Below, piece by piece: positions 50,823-61,621 of a DNA stretch of 64,000 bases. The notes under the pieces were generated by a model. The model did not search any database and was not told the DNA's origin. It was given only the letters and a program-made list of their open reading frames with translations. The stretch lies in contig NW_024704743.1 of the NCBI RefSeq assembly GCF_018977255.1, forward strand, positions 82,958,001-83,022,000, read 5' to 3'. Numbering within the stretch: the stretch's first letter is position 1; every line of letters begins with the position of its first letter. Source of the DNA: Callorhinchus milii (taxonomy: Eukaryota). The translations under genes were made by a program, and so were the position numbers.

Positions 50823-50908
50823 AGACTTTCCATCCAGTAAGTGGCCCGGATTCAAGCCCAGGCTTGAGAGGTGAAAGGACATTGCACTAGTACTGATTCA
50901 CAAATCCA
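50823..50908 (-). mobile_element. LF-SINE-like tRNA-derived head fragment
   Basis: Reverse complement ...gtCCTTTCACCTCTcaagcctgggcttgaatccgggccac...ggatggaaagtc. CCTTTCACCTCT followed by a B-box-like motif is, as I recall it, characteristic of the LF-SINE head. Confidence 0.5.
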
Positions 50909-51877
50909 CCAGTTCCTATATATATGTGTGTGTTTCTGTGTGTGGTGGGGGATTCCTCCTCCAGTTTCCTCCCCTTGTTTCCTGGTAGAGTTGACTCATA
51001 CCTCATGGTATGATGGAGCAACACAGGCGGAAACCACTCTCTAGTACCCAAGTAGCTATTCATTTGTGAGCCCAGATGGTGAGTGTCACCAGGCTATTCA
51101 ACCTGGGGGGCATCGCCAGTCCACGTCCAATCATATCTGGAATGGGAACCCGGCATTTATGTGCTTGAATTAATTTGACAGCTCATCATTGGTAGTTGTG
51201 GGACATTTCCTGTGCAAGTTGGCTGTCTGGTTTGCCTCTACTAAACACACGTTTATTATTCATTTCCAGATTTTTTTGGAATAAGTCATCAATTTAGATT
51301 CTCTTCCACCTTGTGATTCAGGTGGAAGGAGATTAAGAGTCTCCACATGCTGTTGGTTCAGAAATGTGGAGTGTTACTGCTTATCTGCCCTCTTAAGTGC
51401 TCCGAGATGCTGCCCAGCTTGAAGGGCGCTATATAAATGCAAGTTGTTAGTGGTGTTTATCTAATTTCACCTCAAATTCACTGGCTCTTCAACTAAATGT
51501 TGTGTGTAGAAAGTTGCTGGCATGAATCTTTGACTACATTTATCTCCATATCAATATTCACTTGTTCAAATAAATATCGTTCTCTATGATGCTTTGAGAC
51601 ATTTCTTTTACATGAAAGGCACAATATGGATGAAAGCTGTTGTTGATGTTGATTGTGGTTCACCCCCTTCCTTGCCAGATCTGCTAAGACTGATTGTAGC
51701 ATGTCTATTGTATGGCTGTGATTAGGTAAGTCAGCACAGACCAATGATGAAACGTGTGCTGTTTCAAAAGAACAACAACTTGAATTTATATCACGTACTT
51801 CACACAGCATAGTGTCTTGGAGCGCTGTTTCTGGTCTCTCTGGTTAGTGTACTTACCAATTGTTTTTATTTAAAACA

Positions 51878-52135
51878 GAATTGCAAAGTGAATGATTAAT
51901 GGGCTCTGGTACGGTGATTCACAAATTGAGTATTTTTATCAGCAGTTTATAGAAATTCTAATTCAAGCATAACATTTCTTTACAAATTAGTTTTGTATTT
52001 ATCAGTATTCAGCTGTGCAAAGAATCAGCATTCAATGAATTTGTTTTAAAATACATATTTAAGAATTGGTGGCTTTGAGTGACTAATTGGGTGGGGAAAT
52101 AACACCATGTGCTAATTTTCCAATCTAAATATAAA
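51878..52135 (+). repeat. Ancient local direct duplication, copy 1 (candidate enhancer module)
   Basis: Colinear with 55622-55875; exact blocks tgaatgattaatg, caagcataacatttcttt and gactaattggg. Confidence 0.85.
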
Positions 52136-52404
52136 TTTAGCTGTGTTCTACCCTTTTTGGTTTGATATATATTTCAAATACCACACATTCTTAAATGTGG
52201 CACTTTGTGTTGCCTTTATTGAGTCGATGGCACCTGCCTGACTTGAAAAGATGAATGTGACATAATGAGAGCTGGTTTAAGAAATGGAAATGCCACTCTG
52301 GTGAAATAAAGATGCACTTCAAGTCAGGGGTAGTGTAGAGAGAATATATCTTGTGTCTAACCAGAGGGTATTGGTGGAACGAGCTGTCTGTTACTCTGCC
52401 CCCA

Positions 52405-52600
52405 CTCTCTGCAACACCATCCCAGAGTCCCTGCACTTCATCCCCTATCTCCCACCTTCAAAACTTTCTTTAAGACCTACCTTTTGAGTGCACTTTCGCC
52501 CACATCGCCCGCCTCCCCGCTCAGATTCTAGTCAGCTGTGTGAAGCGCTTAGAGACCTCCTATTGATGTAAAATGTGCTTTTTGACTGTAAAATTGTTGT
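52405..52600 (+). mobile_element. L2 LINE 3' fragment
   Basis: cactctctgcaacaccatcccagagtccctgcac...taagacctaccttttgag...tgtgaagcgcttagagac...aaattgttgt. Confidence 0.72.
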
Positions 52601-54704
52601 CACAAATGGAACACGTGGTCCAGGATTAGGCTTTAACTCTCCATTCGAACGCTAAATGGATTTCTGAATATCTAATGAATAAATGGAGTAACCCAAATAA
52701 CACCCAGCTTTATCTATTCTCCAAAGCATTATCCCAAGAGAGTGACATAAAAGTGAGGTTTTGTTAAACTACGTGTGCCCTAAATAACATTCCATATGTA
52801 TGATAAACAGCATAAATCCTAATAGATACGTGCAACAATAAAATCCTGTGAAGCGCTTTGAGACGTCTCGACGATGTGATAAGACACTACATCAAATGTA
52901 AGGATTATTATTATAAACATTATTGTTAAAAGCAATATTGTATCACAACAATTTGAGGGCAAAAACTTGGTTCATTTGTGTAAACTTTACCACGTATACA
53001 TGAACTCTTTTTTAAAAAAATCAAAAGGAGGGTAATTTTGGGAATCCTGTTAGACTTTCCATTGACCTGCGGAAGCTCTGCTCTGGAAGCTGATCATATC
53101 AGTGAAGAATTCCTGCAGCTCAGTGTGACTCGTGTCCGATTACTGGAAGAGATCCCAAAAGGCACATTTTGGATTCCTTATTAATACCACAAATTAGGAA
53201 ATTAGGTCTCAACATTTTTTTCTGGGGAGTGGTGTGGGGAGGCAGGAGGCTGGGAACAGAAGATTTTCCCACTTTCTGTCCTGTGCCACACAACAAGCAC
53301 CTCCAGGTAAGTTGCAGAGAGTGGGGGCAGAATACCAGACAGCTCGTCCCAGGAAGTTTTTACATTTGTGATTCAACAACACATAAATCCAGATCTCTCT
53401 GATCTAATTACAGGGATTTCAAACAAAAACACTTCAACATACAAGATCATTTGGTAAAATTTTCGCATCCTTGCTGACAATACTATCCAAATATTAATAT
53501 TGTTTAAAGTTCTTCCATTATAATGAAATAATAATTAGAATAATAATAGTAATAATGCCTCCAATTAAATAATAATAATTTGGTCATTCAATCCCGTGGG
53601 TTGTGGTGTTGTATTTGTCGTTCTCTGCAGAAAATGCTTTTTATATTCCAAGATAGTTTTTCTGGATTGAGACACCAAAATATGCTTCGATTTTCTTCGT
53701 CGAGAGCATTACCAATATATCCTGTTGTCATGTAGTAAATCCAGAATACACCAATGGATCAATCTGATATTTGATGCGAATAATTTTGGAAAATGCTAAC
53801 TGATGGGCCTTGTTTATTATTGAAAAGATTTTGCCCGGTTATACGAAGGAGGTGACAGATCTCATTTGTAGTTTGATATTGGAGGCAGCATAGGGTCATC
53901 ACCACCAGTGAAAATGTGCAGTATTAAATTTATAAAAATTATTTACTACAGTGTGGGAACAACTGTGGGTATCAAGTTATTTTTTCAAATCTCTATAATA
54001 CGTATATAAATATGTATAATTTTATGTGAGTCTAGAAAGGACTGTGATTTACTTTATCGAAGGAAGATCTTTCAAACTGACAGCCGTAAAAAAGAGAGGA
54101 TTTGCCAAAGCTTGTGTGGGCATCTGACAAGTTAATAGTTCCCATTATCCACTGATTGGTGATGCGCAAAATGCCAGTCAGGTAGGCAGGAGAAGTGTTA
54201 TTTCTATGCTTGTGAACAAGTGCAGCTGAGTGATGCGCTCTGAAACAACATGGCTAGTCTCAGGTCATATCTGATCAACTTTTTTTGATGTGTTACAGCC
54301 TTTAAAGCATGCCAATGTGTCTCAAGTAGAGTGAAATGTTGGACTTGAAACTCCAAGCAGTTTCATTGAATGAGCCCGCTCTAAGCTATAGCCTGCCCTT
54401 TTCTCTTTGTTTCATTCATGCTTTTTGAGATGAAGTTTCTCGGAGCATAAGGGGTGCAATTTTATAGTGGTATTTGCGAATAGGATGCTTCTTATTAGGT
54501 TGTTTCACCGTTACTGTCCTCTGTGGAAATTGTTCCCGAATTTTTTAACTTAATTGAGATCTTCCTCAGGTATGACTAGATTACAAACAATCAAATGTAC
54601 TTGAAGTACTGATGTGCTGCCCCGAGTGAAGGGTGCTATATAATTGCAAGTTGTTATTGTTGTAAGTAATTCTAATCCTGATACAGAGGATAATTGTAAG
54701 GTAA

Positions 54705-54880
54705 AATTGATCATTCACTTCATGGCTGTTTGTGGAAAATTGCTGTGCGCAAAATTGCCATGTTCGCCTACAAAATTTACAGTCACTACACTCTACAGTA
54801 AAATTCAGTGAAGGGCTTTGAGATGTTTTGACACGTGATAAGGTGCTCTATCAATTGCAAGGATTGGGTTATTATATTAT
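54705..54880 (+). mobile_element. Deu-domain SINE 3' fragment
   Basis: aaattgatcattcacttcatggctgtttgtggaaaattgctgtgcgc...gacacgtgataaggtgctctatcaattgcaaggatt. Confidence 0.78.
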
Positions 54881-55127
54881 TTAAATCTACTGCCAGGTTT
54901 CAGATATAGATAGCGATTTATTTCATTATGATCATCTCCATGTAGTTTTTTTTTCAGCAATTTTTTTTTTGTGTGAATTTTGATCTCGTCAAAGTGAGTG
55001 ATGTCAGTTCTGAGAGATAGAACACTTTTTACACCTTGTATCAGTCAGACTCTTCCAAGTCAGACCAGGAATGGAGTAAAGTTCCCGCAAGAACACAATT
55101 ACCCATTGTGCTTCCCAACTTAATTAT

Positions 55128-55510
55128 TCTCTGGAATTCTTTCCCTAAATTCCTCTGCCTCACACTCAGCCTTTTTCTGCTTTCAAAACACTTAAAAACC
55201 TACCTCCTTGACCGTACCTTCAGTTATCTCAAGCCCATTCCCCCAATCTCCCACAAAAAATAATAATAATAAATTGGTCACTTCAATCCACTACTGTTTG
55301 TGGGACACTGCTATGTTTAATTGGCTGCCATATTTCGCTCCCAAAAATATACAGTGAATTCACTTTACAGTACTCTGTGAAGCGTATGAGCCATCTCGAA
55401 GACGTGATAAGGCGCAATATCAAATGTAAGAATTATTATTATTATTATTGCTCAGATTCCACTCCGTCTCCGTAAAGCGCTTTGAGATGTTAGCCTACGT
55501 GAAAGGCGCA
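55128..55510 (+). mobile_element. L2 LINE 3' fragment split by a nested family A SINE
   Basis: ctctggaattctttccc...cttaaaaacctacctccttgacc...ctcccac | insert | gctcagattcc...gtaaagcgctttgagatgttagcctacgtgaaaggcgc. Confidence 0.72.
55255..55449 (+). mobile_element. 5'-truncated family A SINE nested in an L2 3' UTR
   Basis: aataataataaattggtcacttcaatccactactgtttgtgggacactgc...gaagacgtgataaggcgcaatatcaaatgtaagaattattattattatt. Confidence 0.85.
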
Positions 55511-55621
55511 ACACCATTCTAGCAGACAAGTCACTTTGATAGGCACTGCATCCAACCCATACCTGTGTTCTGAACCCATTGTTTCACCCAATTCCCTCTT
55601 TCAGTTATTTTGATTTAGATT

Positions 55622-55875
55622 GAATTGCAGAATGAATGATTAATGTGACTGTTGCAATGAATCGCAAATTAGTTATTTTTATCTGCGGTTCCTGGAAATT
55701 CTAAACCAAGCATAACATTTCTTTGCAAATTAATTTTATGTTTATCAATATTCAAGTACATATGGTAACAGCATTCAGTAAATCTGTTTAACAATTCTTT
55801 TTTCAGACTTTTGACAGACTAATTGGGAGTAGAGGTTCACCAGAGTGTGCTAACTTTCTGATTTAGATAAAAAAT
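55622..55875 (+). repeat. Ancient local direct duplication, copy 2 (candidate enhancer module)
   Basis: Colinear with 51878-52135; carries TGATTAAT, TGACAG (55812-55817) and CTAATTGG. Confidence 0.85.
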
Positions 55876-56504
55876 TGACGAAATGCCTATTTTTAAAATA
55901 AGGGTAAAAGTTCCTAATTTAGGTATTTTACTGCTTTCATTGTGCCTCCTTCCAAGACCCTTGCCGATACCATTGTCAAACTGATCTTATCGAGTTGCAT
56001 GAAATAATTCAATATAAGCCTTCCCCACCTGACTCCCACTCGCCAGTTCCCCACAGTATTATAGCTGAAATTTCATGAAATAATTAGTTGATACATATAG
56101 TGTTGTGACCTCCAAGACCCAAAAAGACAACCACTGGTCACCCTTACCAAAAAAAAGGGTCCTTGGCAACTCCAAAGAATAGGAGGAAGTAAATAGGTTT
56201 GAGTTGATTTTGAATAAATTAACTTTTTTTCCAGTTCTTTTTAAATTTGATGATTTAATAACTTTTGTTAAAAAGAAGGAAGGCTGCAGCAAGCATTGAA
56301 TATATTGGACACAGTTATCCACAACAAGACATCTGATGTACAGCTTCATACTAATACCCACACTAGGTTCTATTTAAAAAAAAACGTTGTTACTGTGCTA
56401 ATCAGAGCCTTGGGACGTCCTCCCGACGTGAAAGGTGCCATACAAATGTAATTTTATTGTTGTAATCAAGTCAAGTCATGGCATGTGCTTTCCTTCTCCT
56501 TCTT

Positions 56505-56831
56505 TACCTTTCCCGGTGAGACTGGGGATTCTTTTGCAGTTCTGTCAGATTTTATGCTGAAATTCTTTTATTTCATTAGCTTAAGTTTCATCGGCTTCTC
56601 CAAAGACCTGCGCCCGCCACAAAACCTCCTGCTCATGCTTAGCCCCACCCCACGTCCGTGCTCTCTCCCAATCTCACCTACTCCCTCCCGAGTGTGCTCG
56701 CTCTCTCTTTCTTGCTCTTTCTCACATCCCAGTATGATAACTGTAAAAAAAGACACCTTCAATCTTTTCACCGGCAAGACAGTGCAAAGCCTGGCCAGGC
56801 CGGGTAAAAATCCAGCCAGATGGCAACCCTA
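56505..56831. mobile_element. Possible hAT-like non-autonomous element end
   Basis: GC/CpG-richer block ending in tggcaaccctA, the reverse complement of TAGGGTTGCCA, a hAT-type TIR. No matching left TIR seen nearby. Confidence 0.4.
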
Positions 56832-58183
56832 GATACAAATCTAGGTGCCATTCCTCTTTAAAATGGACCTTTCTCCCGACATGAATGGAGCTGCTGAATT
56901 GTAAATTGGTATTGTAATTTGTATTGTATAACCTGACTCACTGATGCATTGCAATACTAAGTACCTCACTTTCTCTCACCCCATTCCATTTCCCACCCTT
57001 TAGTTGTCTCCATTTTTGGAACATTTTCAGTTGTATATTATGTAGCAGAACCCGGACAAAAGGTTAAAATGTACTATAGCATAGTACATAAATGAGGCAT
57101 TTCCATTTCAACTCGCTGCATCTTTCATTTCTACCAGCAGTGAATGGGGATCTGAAGCACATTCAATTATAAAATTGTTTGCAATTTTGAAATGTCATTA
57201 TCAACACAATAGTAGCTTTCACCAGTTGGTAATTATTGGCATAATTGAACATTGATTAAGAAACAAGTATTTATCATTCATTAAACTGAAATTAAAAAAA
57301 TTAATCTCAGTAGAGCATAGATTAGGCTCTAATTGTATCACCACCTTTTAAACTATCGTTGACATCCTGTGTGGTAACATAAATGTAATGTCTGCTGCTG
57401 TAATTTGTCAGACGTTAAGGACTTAAAATGTCTTGTGTAATTGTTTGTTTGTGATTTGGGAGCCAACTAAATTTGATGAAATAAAATGAAATTACACCTC
57501 AAAGGTTTATATACTTTGTTTATTGGTTTGTTAAAGGAGGGTGAGGATTCAGAGCAGACTGTTCTGAATATTATAAGATAATGGTGTACATTATAATGTA
57601 TGCTATTATACCCCACACCTGTTGTATGCTTTTCATAGGTATTATTGAGCTAGCAAATAAGGCATTCACTGCAGGATTTCTGGAATGTGAAGGTGCTTTC
57701 TTTCACTAAGTATATACATAAAAGATCAGAGAACTGATAGAATGATTTAGATTGTGTTTGCTGCATTATATCATTGTTAAATGACAGTTTTCAAATATCA
57801 AAGCCAGTATATAATGGTACTGTAGTTACAATGGATGTAATTGTCAGGGAAATTGTCATCAGAAAAGAAATACTAAAAGGAAGAATGAAAGCTAACAATT
57901 TACAGTCCTTTAGTTGCTGTTGGAGGAAACGAGTGATTTGAATATAAATAAATGGCAACTTCTTGGCAAAATCTCAGCATCTTCTATGAGGATTGCCTTT
58001 AAAGTTCTAAAAGGTTTTCTTATATTAAGGGAAAGAAGTAAGTCTTTTTTAAAGTTTTGGGTGAGTGTAATCTGCACGCACTATATCTCAAATCTGCACA
58101 AGCTTTCTCCAATGTATGAATGGGTGTGTCCATCATCCTTTGTGTTGAGAGGTGAAAGCTGTGATTTCTGTTTTACAAGGGAT

Positions 58184-58641
58184 GAAATCCTTCATCCCAT
58201 CTCTAATTAATACTACAGTATTGAGAGGTTTGTACAGATATTCTCTTATCTATACCATTCAGTGCCTTGAGATGCTCCCCCACGTGAAGGGGTATAGAAA
58301 TGCAAGTTGTTGCTTGTTGTACATTATACCCAGTAAAAGCTAAATAATGCATCGACTACTTCAGATCCCACGCAGGCTAGATGTAGTTTGGAACTTCTGT
58401 AAATATTGTCTCAACTAGTCTGATAAGAACTACCTTAACAGCAGCTTTTCCCTGCTCTTTTCAAAGAGTTTTCCTTGGTGGTTGGCTATTCAGGGTTAGA
58501 TTTACATATACTTTAGAAAAGGTTTATTTTGCTGGGGATTGTGTGGAAATCAGTTGAGCGTTGAGTCCCTAGAGAAACCCTTCATCCCATCTCTAGTTAA
58601 CACCACAGTATTGAGGTGTGTATATACATTTTCTTTTATCT
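58184..58641 (+). repeat. Local ~68-bp direct duplication (58184-58251 and 58574-58641)
   Basis: ccttcatcccatctcta.ttaa.ac.acagtattgag...ttatct in both copies, 390 bp apart. Confidence 0.85.
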
Positions 58642-59173
58642 GTGGTACTAATCCTGGACTGTAATGGTTGTTTATTGCATAAATCTAGATTAATAGCAAT
58701 TTTATTTTTGGGTTAGCTCAGGTAAAACTTTGCAATTCTTAGAAACCGTGGAAACACCTCCTAATTTTAGCCCGTATTCAGCAACTTTCTTTTGTGGCTT
58801 CCTCTTGGGCAACATATTTTCCTGTATCAGTGGTTTTGTGTCATAAGAATGAATTGAAATCACCCTTTTTAATCCAAATAGCAATAGACAGACCAGTAAC
58901 CTAGTGAAAAACAAATAGACACACCATCCCTTTTGGGGATTCAGAGCTGCTCAGAAAGATGGAGCTGATGGTGGAGAGTTGGCAGATAAAAATAGTCTGA
59001 AGCGAAGAAGATTTCTGTGGTCATTTATTACCGTGCCACGGTCATAGTGTTTGCTGAACCAAGGTATAGAGTAATGATTCAGACAAATGATGTTAATAAT
59101 AATAGCTGGCCCTTTGGCGAAAGTCGGATGCCTAACTGTGTAGCACAAGAACTAATCAGATATTTCAGCACTC

Positions 59174-59187
59174 AGTTCAAAAGGTCA
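59174..59187 (+). promoter_or_regulatory. Perfect DR2 nuclear-receptor (retinoic acid response element-type) motif
   Basis: AGTTCA-AA-AGGTCA fits RGKTCA-N2-RGKTCA and lies in TE-free sequence. Confidence 0.35.
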
Positions 59188-60149
59188 GCATTATCTTAGC
59201 CATAATTGTTCACTCTTCAAAGGATACCTTATTGCTGTAAAGCAATGAACTGTGTGGTGACCTTTTATAGAATTACTGCTTGCGGAACTGTGCATTTTTT
59301 AAAAAAAAGTTGAAGTACTAACAGTTGCTTTTATATAAGATAACACAGGTATGAACGATTGGAAAGTTCTCAATTGAAAAACCCAAGTACATTAACTACA
59401 CTTTGTTCAAATGTTCCTGTAAGTATGTTATTTCTTCTCTCGCAAGTGATATGGTGTCAATGGAAAAGGGAAAGCTAGGGGTCTCAAGTGCAATGAATGT
59501 AAAGTACTTAACCCTAGATGTGCATTTCATTTAAAGAACTAGTTCCCTCACACACACACACACTATTATCATTGCATCAGCCTCACAGTGGTCTAGATAA
59601 AATAGGCTTCATCTGGGCTAAAAAAGTTCCCTTGAACCACAATCGTTTTCCAAGAGTGGTGGCAATGTGATTGGTTGCGGATAGTCCTGCTTCACTGTGT
59701 TCACTTCTTCCCACTTTGCTACTTTGCTGTACCAAGTGGAAACTGTCGGGACAGGAGGATTGACAGCTCATGATTTTGCTGAAGGCTATCCAATCATTCT
59801 GACAGCAGTGATGGGATTCAAAAGCGATCGCTTTGTCACCTGACTCCACTGTTTGGCTGAAAGAAAGGAGAATATTCGCAGCCTTGATGAGCGTACATTA
59901 TAGCGATCCAGAGTTGGAATGGCTCATATTTAAAGCCCCTCTGAGGAACCCTATAAATGAGATTATTTTGAACACGACTTATATAATATCCTAACACTTG
60001 TGTTAAGTAGTGTTACCTGCCAAATTTTAACAGTAATTGGAACCATTATGTACTATTTCCTCTGTTGTCCCAGCGAGCTATAAAATTGATCTCCTAATAC
60101 TGCAACAGTCGAATAGTGATATCCAAGCTATCTTATTGTAACAATAAAA

Positions 60150-60420
60150 ATATTCTTTGCATCTGATATAGTGCCTATAGCATCGGGAATGTCTCAAAGC
60201 ATTTCACTAGTTTCTATAAAGTGTAGGTACTGTGTATTGACATATGACAGTCAATTTATACACAGCAATGTCCCCTAAACAGTCATCATTTTTTTATCTG
60301 GGGAATTGTTGGCCAGGACACTGGGAGAAACTCCCTTCTCTTTAAGCGTTGTGCCATAAGGTCTTCAACATCCACCTGAACAGGCAGATGGGACCTTGGT
60401 TTAATGAGTACCTTAGACTA
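60150..60420 (-). mobile_element. Deu-domain SINE (family B), head missing
   Basis: ttgttggccaggacactgggagaaactcccttctcttt...gtgccataaggtcttcaacatccacctgaacaggcagatgggaccttggtttaa plus the tail ttgcatctgatatagtgcc. Confidence 0.82.
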
Positions 60421-61269
60421 CATATCTCAAAAGCTTATTTTGTCTGTAACTGGGGAAAACTGGGGTGGGGGGGGAACTTGTGGCAGCTCTTTTATTTTAA
60501 CATTCCTTTGCTCCGATTGTTTCAAATTGATTTACTTTTGCAATAAAACCCAAGGGTGAGCAGATTCAAATCCAATACCAAAAAAAGATTTGAACATTTC
60601 TTCCCTAAAGCAATATATCAGCAAAGTGAACCATTGCAAAAGAGCAGCATCGAAGTATTACGTTTCAGAAGTTAGACCAAATACCATTATTATATGTTAA
60701 AGCAGAGCTGTAGCCTCAGATATGCATTTTCGGTAATTTGGTCATTTCTTTGAGCCTCTAATATGTTGCTTACAAATTTCAGGCAACAAAAGAGCAGATT
60801 TCTCTCTATCTGCTTGTTTTGTGGGTAGAGATTGGAAATAATTGTTTTTCTTTGAGTGAATGTTTATTTTAGTCAATGTAGACAATCATAGTGCTGGATG
60901 ATGGATTAGGCTTCCTCATCCACCCAGTTATAGCAATAGTATTTTACAGACTCAGAGAGAATGTAATTGGTTAGGATCAGCATAAAAGTCCCACTCCACT
61001 GCTCCAATGATTCGCTTGAGATGCCCTCACAACGTAACATTTCCAACTCCCATAAAACCAGCCTATGGCCTCACGGGTGAGATTATCCCTGTTAGTACTT
61101 CATTGTGTATGGTTTTGTGTTGTTACCTTGTCCACTGGGAGCTGCATTGACATAGCATCACAATAACTTTGCTTACTTCCCAAATTCTTTCCCTTCAGTC
61201 TATTGGATTTAAATACAGACTTTTGAGTTGAAACAACAATGTACTGAACCGTTGCGCTGTACTAGCTCT

Positions 61270-61621
61270 TTGAACTTGCTTTGTCTAACCTGACACTCCA
61301 GGGCAGTGCTGGGTGTCTGCTGCATTGTTGAAGATGGCATCCTTTGCATGAGACATTAAACTGAAATCCCTTCTGCTTATTTAGGCAGACATCAAAGTTC
61401 ACATGGTGCTATTCAAAAAGAGAAGGAAGTTCTCCTGGCATCCTAGCCTGCAAACTCCCAGATCAAATTGTCATTCACTTCACGGCTATTTAGAGGATGT
61501 TGTCCACAAATTTGCTGCCGCATTCGCTAATAGAACACAGTCACTACACATTAAAGTAAATCATATGTAGTGCTTTGACTTGACCTCCCATGTGAAGGGT
61601 ACTATATCAAATGCGAGGATT
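61270..61621 (+). mobile_element. Deu-domain SINE (family B), decayed
   Basis: tgacactccagggcagtgct...gcatgagacattaaac...gctattcaaaaagagaaggaagttctcctgg...actatatcaaatgcgaggatt. Confidence 0.78.
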
